Part shown: positions 55,926-64,000 of the stretch, piece after piece
Layout of the letters: every line of letters starts with the position of its first letter
How positions within the stretch are numbered: the stretch's first letter is position 1
Source of the DNA: Octopus vulgaris
Lineage: Eukaryota
Reading direction: 5' to 3'
Assembly (NCBI GenBank): GCA_951406725.2
Contig: OX597836.1
Location: 36,642,001 to 36,706,000 of the forward strand
Length of the DNA stretch: 64,000 bases
Program-made: the position numbers and the translations under genes
Notes under the pieces: model-generated
Told to the model about the DNA's origin: nothing
Database searches by the model: none
Seen by the model: the letters and a program-made list of their open reading frames with translations, nothing else

Positions 55926-58200
55926 TAATCTAAAATGCATATTTAGTTGCGATTTTAAAACGACTTCTGTGAAGGGATTGTTATGGTCATTGTATTGTGA
56001 AAGGGGAGAATCTGGAGCTAAGATGTTCGATCGGATATAAAGGACTTGTGTACAGCATATACGAGGAAGTAATGGTTTATTTACGTAGGACCGCTAATCA
56101 AAGTTACATCAACCGTACATTGAGATAATTAGATAAATGCATCAGTGTTGCTTATTAAAGAAAAGTATTTGAGAAAATCAATACAGTAAGGATTTCTAAA
56201 TAATATATAGACAGAGGCAAAAGCGATGTCAAAAGACGAATGACAGCTTATACGAATCAAAATAGACTGATTCGACATTCCAAAGAGCGAAAGTTTGGCG
56301 GATATCAGAGTATTCCTAACCCTGCGCGCGTAGTTGAGCCAGGGTTATTGCAGCCGCTTGTATCAGGTGGACTGATAAATCGAAATGTAATTCTTTTCCT
56401 TTGTTACTTTTGCATAAACGATCAGCAGGGGAAAAAACTGTTGATGTCATTTTCTTGACATATGAATTTGTCTGATAATATATTTATTAAAATAAATTCT
56501 ATTTTATCTTTGTATGCGCGTAGTGTATGCCTCACCTCTTTAGTTTTCATTATATGTGTGCCAATAGGATTGGATAACTTAGGGTAAAAAACACAAGTCT
56601 AAACAGAATATTCACTTAAAATTCATAAATATAGCTTATGTATATACCAGGAATATATTTTCAAGCAAATTTTCAATTTAAATTCCAAATATACATATTT
56701 GGTAATTTATATTTCTTAGAAAGTTAAGAAATCTGTCACTACATACAACGTACTGTCTTTATTAAAATTTTACAGAACACCTACGCCATTTCTATTTTAT
56801 TGTTTTACTATAAATAAATTAGGTTTTATGTAAGGTATAAAAGCAAAACATTGAAAAGGATTACAGATAAATAAAACTGAAACTACAAAAGCCAACAATA
56901 TTTTTGAAATAACGTACAAGTAATTATAAGAGTCACATACTTATACAGGGAGCTGAAGTTCAATTCTTATGTAAGTATTAAATTCTGTACAAAGAAAAAA
57001 ATAATGCGAAAATTGCTGCTTAGAAACTCGTGTGTCATAACAGCACACAACAGCTGTAACTTGTGGAACATTCCAAGCACTTTTTTGGGGAATTTTCTGT
57101 TTGTGGTGTGCCATGTCATCATTAAAGAATTTTGTGTTTTTGAGATTTACTATTTTGGAAATTCGGATAAAGGATTATCAAATGTCCCTGATTAAGAAAA
57201 TTCGCTACAAAAAGAAATTGCGGACCAATGAGCTCTGTCCGTTGAAATCAGACTATCAAGTAAATAATTTTTCAAACGTGAACGTTCGGGAACAATAACC
57301 TCGCACGCACCTACAGGATGCATTCAATCGGCCAAACGGCGTGATTTCGATCACAACTCTTGTTCATAGATGAGGTTCTTTACTCATTATATTTCCAATA
57401 TTTCTTTTTGTTGCCTTACTATTCTCTGTTTTACTCTTGCTATACATCTGCCTTGTTGATTTTAGTTTTCAGAGAAGGTATGTTCATGAATGTACGCATT
57501 CTTCCACCTATGTAACTCTCGAATAATGCTACAAATGCAAGTTCCACCATCATCTATCAAAACCTCATTAGTATACTACTTAAGTTCATTAAACATATGC
57601 TCATATTGTTCGATATAACAGTTGGGTAATATTCAAATATTGTTATCTAGTAAGAGTAAATTCTCAGCCACTACTGATGTTTCAGCTGTCTCAAAATATG
57701 CACGAAAATTATAATTATTTCAATTTGCAAATTGATAATACTGCCATGTTCTGCAGTTAGCGCATTCAATTATTCAATTTTTAGTTAAGTAATTAGGAAA
57801 TATTCTGTTGTGTCTGGGGTAGTTTTGAATCTATTGAAAAGGTTGCAAGACGCAACGAAAATTTTAGGAATATAGAAATAAGAAAAAAATGGAAATTTTA
57901 CCGGTGAGGGTGTTATATTATAAGAAAATATAAAAGAAAAAGAAAATGTCTCTCCCCAGACACAACAGAATATACTTCAACACACAAACTCATATAAAGA
58001 AACTTGAAAACCAAATCCCAAAACGAAATTAGGAAATATTTTATTCCCATTTTATTCATTTATAAGTTAATCTTTCTGTGTTTCTTTGTTCAACCGCATG
58101 TTAGCCTTACTCCAGTAGACTTCTAAGCAGAGACAATCCATCAGTGAGTGTCTACACTTTTTATCCAGAAATAGTGCATCTAACACAACATTATCCTATA

Positions 58201-58402
58201 TACTCTCTTTTACTTGTTTAAATCATATGACTGTGGCCATGCTGGATCACCGCTTTTAGTCAGGCAAATCGACCCCCAGGACTTATACTTTGTAAGCCTG
58301 GTACTTATTCTATCGGTGTCTTTTGCTGAACCGCTAAGTTACGGGGACGTAAACACACCAGCATCGGTTGTCAAGCGATGTTGGGGGGACAAACACACAC
58401 TC

Positions 58403-58493
<91 letters not shown>

Positions 58494-58652
58494 TACGACG
58501 GGCTTCTTTCAGTTTCCGTCTACCAAATCCCCTGACAAGCCTTTGGTCGGCCCGAGGCTATAGTAGAAGACACATGCCCAAGGTGTCCAGTGGGAATGAA
58601 CCCGGAACCAGGTGGTTGGTAAGGAAGCTACTTACCACACAGCCACTCCTGC
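58201..58652 (-). mobile_element. SINE family A
   Basis: Full-length match. Confidence 0.9.
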
Positions 58653-60339
58653 GGCTCCATGCTTATTATTATTTTTTTATGGGGGTCTTTTTTCTTTTGT
58701 TGGGGTGGGTTCTCTTTTGCTTTTATTTGTCGTTAGGTTATGGCTCGGGATGCTTTTCAATATATAGTCGTATCTTATGACAGTCAATGCAAATATTACA
58801 TAACATGAATGATATTTTCCATTTGCCAATGTGTTTGGTTTCCTGAAGATTGAAAATACGCATTGAGGGAACTTAACATTGTAGGAAGAGATCATGTGAC
58901 TACCGATGGAAGGGAAAGTCAAATGGACCTGCTAAGACAGGTGGTAGGCGAAGATATAGTAATATAATTAAATGAAATTTAGTTTTCAGCATCAGAAAAA
59001 AGTATCATCGAACAATCAGATCCATAATAGAGCCACAGATACATAAGTGAGAGATAATTCCCATTAATTTTATTTTACCCCAGAAGAACGTCAGCAAAAA
59101 TTGACGCAGTTAAATATTTGAAATGAAAACGCTAAGAGATGAACAGTAATTGTAACACCGATTTCTGGTAGGAGAAAACTTTCTGTAGCACAAGCGGCAA
59201 GCAGGAGAAATTTGTAGAGGGAGAACATTCGTTGAGCAATTTTTTGGCCCGCTAGGTTTTGACACTCTAAGGGAGCCGGGTCTGCGTTGGTCATCAGTCC
59301 CAGTTTTCCTCATACCGTTTTCAAAACGAAACTTTTGAGATAGAAACTTTATAGGCTGGACAATAGAGATAATACTGCTTTCTAATTAAGCACTAAATAT
59401 GGGGACAGATATTAATTGATTATATGAAATGATCTTGCGACAAATAGTACTTGATTGTATCGATCTCAGTATCACATTAGTGTATTTATCGAGCAATAGA
59501 GATCCACTGCGTGACAACTGATCTTGTTTAAGGCAGAGAAGGAAGAATTATGAGTCGAAAGCATAGACTTCTGTATTGAAGTGATGCTTGAGGACTTTAT
59601 TTTATTGACCCTAAAGGATGATATATACATATATATGAATGTATATATATGTGTATGTGTGTGTATAAATAAAGAGAGGGAGAGTGAAAATGAGAGCTTG
59701 AACACTATTACGGAATTCAGCTAACTGAATTCATAGTTGCTAATTTAATGCTGTAGCGGTTTCCCGTCAAAAGTAAGACGAGGTTAATATGTGTCATCTA
59801 GTAGGAAATATATTTATTAAAATTGACGCTAATATTACTTGTGTTTTATTGTCCCCAAAAGGATGATACGGTAAGTTGAAGTCAACGGAATTTGAACCCA
59901 GAGCTTAAGAAATACCACAAATCAGTTTTCCTACGCTTTAGTTTTTCTGCCAGCTCGCATCCTTTGCAGCCAGTACAATACTGAAAATACATTTTTTTTA
60001 TGGATAAGGAGGCATAACGATATACAAATCAACTGTATTTTGTTTCGAATTTTTCAATAAATGGCAGCTGCATTTCCCTCTCTTCACACTCCGACATTCG
60101 TGGAAACATGCAGGGCATTAAATAATTCAGTCCTAGATATTATATACGTGAATAGAAAATGAGTTGGTTCCGACTGAAATACCTTTGAGCATCGATCATC
60201 TGTTCTTGACAGCTAAATGGTCGCTCGATCAAATAAAAAGAGCAAAGAAATATTCATCGTGCCCCAAGCCACCAGCACCATGTTAAAAATGAGTATGAGA
60301 TATTGCCTTCAAAGTTTGGTGCAGTGTCGGCAATTTGTT

Positions 60340-60528
60340 GGGGAGTTGGGGTGAGGGTAAGCTGATTACATCAACCCCGGTAATCAACTGGTACTTATTT
60401 TATCAACCCCAAAAGAATGAAAGGCCGAATCGACTACGCGAGAATTTGAACGCAAAACAGAATGACAGACGAAATACCCCTAAGCGTTTTTGCCTGGCAT
60501 GCTAATGATTCAGCCAGCTCGGCGCCTT
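60340..60528 (-). mobile_element. SINE family B, diverged
   Basis: caactggtacttattttatc...gccagctcggcgcc. Confidence 0.78.
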
Positions 60529-60768
60529 AATGGGTATGAAATATTAGTCGCAATTATCTGTAAACGGCAGAATTGTCAGGGCTGGTCTGGTCTGATTAGT
60601 TCTAGCCAGGTGTACTGTAGAAAACATTTGAGTTTTACGTTGCGGAGAGTCGACAGCGGGCAACACGACAACATCGCAACATCATCAACATTAATAATGT
60701 CTATAAATTGCGTAAAGAGTGAGCAAGATCAAAGTCTTAAGGATATCAACGTTTATTTAAAAAAAAAC

Positions 60769-61168
60769 GGCTGTGTGGTAAGTAGCTTGCTAACTAACCA
60801 CATGGTTCCGGGTTCAGTCCCACTGCGTGGCATCTTGGGCACGTCTCTTCTGCTATAGCCCCGGGCCGACCAATGCCTTGTGAGTGGATTTGGTAGACGG
60901 AAACTGAAAGAAGCCTGTCGTATATATGTATATATATATATATGTATGTGTTTGTGTGTCTGTGTTTGTCCCCCTAGCATTGCTTGACAACCGATGCTGG
61001 TGTGTTTACGTCCCCGTCACTTAGCGGTTCGGCAAAAGAGACCGATAGAATAAGTACTGGGCTTACAAAAGAATAAGTCCCGGGATCGGGTTGCTCGATT
61101 AAAGGTGGTGCTCCAGCATGGCCGCAGTCAAATGACTGAAACAAGTAAAAGAGTAAAGAGAGAGTAAA
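60769..61168 (+). mobile_element. SINE family A
   Basis: Full-length match. Confidence 0.9.
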
Positions 61169-61465
61169 GACTATCGCAATGAGTAAACAAGTTTTGCTAA
61201 TAAAAAAAACAAATTTAACCTATTTAACCTAAAAGGCAAATAGAGAATTACTGTGGAGTCAGGTGACATTTTATTGAGGAAACTTATAAACAAGATATAT
61301 GTGACACTTTAATATTGGAATATCTAGTTCGTGAAATGGAAATAAAATTATTTGAAAAAATGATATTAATATAAATGTAGCAATGTCATTTGTAATTTTG
61401 TAAATATTTAGATATACTTCAATTGAAATATTCCGTTTTGTACATTACGTAAACATTTGGAAGTG

Positions 61466-61507
<42 letters not shown>

Positions 61508-61903
61508 GTGTGTGTGTGTGTGTTATATTATATTATATTATATTATATATATGTATGGATAGATAGATATGAAATGTGGCATCCCACTTTAGCACGTTTA
61601 CCCGATAGCTTATTCAACTCACTGGCGGCCAGACCGAGTTCGCAACCGCTTGCAGCGAACTACTATACCCTCATATATGTATATATATATGTGTGTGTGT
61701 GTGTATGTGTGTTTGTGTGTGTATGTATGTATGTGTATGCATGTATATGTGTGTGTGGTTGAGGGGTATTTCGTTAAGAAGTACAAAATAGAGTTCGTTC
61801 AAAATTAGAATATAACATAATATAATATAGTATATTAGAATATAACATAAATAATATGAATAATTCAATCTCAGAATTTGATTGAAAAAGTAATCGCTCG
61901 ATA

Positions 61904-61989
61904 ATGTAAAGTATAGAAGCCATCTTATCATGGCTAACCCCCCTCCCCAATGTGGTTAGCCATGATAAGATGGCTTCTATACTTTACAT
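61904..61989. repeat. Perfect 36-bp inverted repeat with 14-nt loop
   Basis: 61904-61939 is the exact reverse complement of 61954-61989. Confidence 0.95.
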
Positions 61990-62168
61990 AAGTAATATAT
62001 TTTCTAGTAATATATTGAATTACACTCAATAAGCAGCAGCTGCTAGTTGGATTATTCCGCAAATTTCAAACAGTTTCAATGCATCTTAGGAAGATTATCT
62101 TACAGATTCTCGGGAGCAAATATTGGTACGTCTTAAGCGTGAGGAGACCAAAAGGATATATATATATA

Positions 62169-62209
<41 letters not shown>

Positions 62210-62216
<7 letters not shown>

Positions 62217-62370
62217 CTGGATCTTTCCTTCTCCTATGTTTCCGACGAAGAGCTCCGTTCGAAATGTAAAGCCTCCTTCTTCCCTTCTTTCCTGAGCGTC
62301 CAATAATACTATATTTGTTCCACGTCCTCGCGTTGTTGTGTTGTTTTGTGTTTTCTTGTTTGGATTAACT
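62210..62370 (+). mobile_element. Repeat family F with degenerate hammerhead (62238-62272)
   Basis: gttt-CCGACGA-a-gagc-tcc-gttc-GAAA-t-GTA-aagc; flanked by (TA)n. Confidence 0.7.
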
Positions 62371-62429
62371 ATATATATATATATATATATAAGTGTGTGC
62401 ATGTATGTATGTATGTATGCTTTTACTGA

Positions 62430-63438
<1,009 letters not shown>

Positions 63439-63514
63439 CGGAGGCAAGCAGAGTTATAACACAGTAATTTCCCTTTGTATAACGGTATTTTTTCATAGTG
63501 TTTTCAAATAGCCA

Positions 63515-63572
63515 GATAACCGAAGAGATGTCGTGGATTCCCACTTCGGCATCTGAAACTCATAGTTTTATC
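63515..63572 (+). ncRNA. Degenerate type-I hammerhead motif with branched/bulged stem II
   Basis: GATAA-CCGAAGA-GATGTCG-tgg-attc-cca-ctt-CGGCATC-t-GAAA-C-tcata-GTT-TTATC. Confidence 0.72.
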
Positions 63573-63671
63573 TTTACTATCGAGTAATGTAACATATTAT
63601 TGTATAGATAAATTTCCTCTATTTACATAATATTGAGGTCTCTTTCTTTCTTTTGTTATCTTACCGTTTTA

Positions 63672-63751
<80 letters not shown>

Positions 63752-63891
63752 TGTAGGTTTCATACGAGTGGGTACATAATTTTTAAAAAAGAAATTTGAA
63801 AACGCCACTATATAATATATTTTTTTAATTTTCTTAGGGATTTTGCATGTTTCGGTTCTTCTTGCAAAATTATTGTTAATTATTGTTTCTT

Positions 63892-63945
<54 letters not shown>

Positions 63946-63948
63946 TAG

Positions 63949-63986
<38 letters not shown>

Positions 63987-64000
63987 AATTCATTCAAGCA

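Overview
AT-rich, microsatellite-saturated eukaryotic DNA with no credible protein-coding gene; most listed ORFs are translations of (TA)n, (CA)n, (GATA)n, (CATA)n, (GAT)n, (ATT)n or (GAA)n, and the few recognisable ones are transposon remnants. The repeat landscape suggests an octopus/coleoid intergenic or large-intron region (inference from repeat style, not verified). Contents: several tRNA-headed SINE families in many copies, decayed mariner transposons and MITEs, R4/Dong-type non-LTR fragments beside (ATT)n tracts, and local duplications. The most notable signal is about ten hammerhead-ribozyme (HHR) motifs of the minimal type-I form with a short or palindromic stem III, as known from Penelope-like elements and retrozymes. 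Two have an intact core (17938-17981 + and 18228-18275 -). The first lies in a 326-bp, almost fully hairpin-forming unit flanked by a 26-bp direct repeat. A sequence-diverged but structure-conserved relative lies at about 3905-4130 on the minus strand, suggesting a retrozyme-like family. All structures were read by eye, so coordinates of degenerate repeats are approximate.
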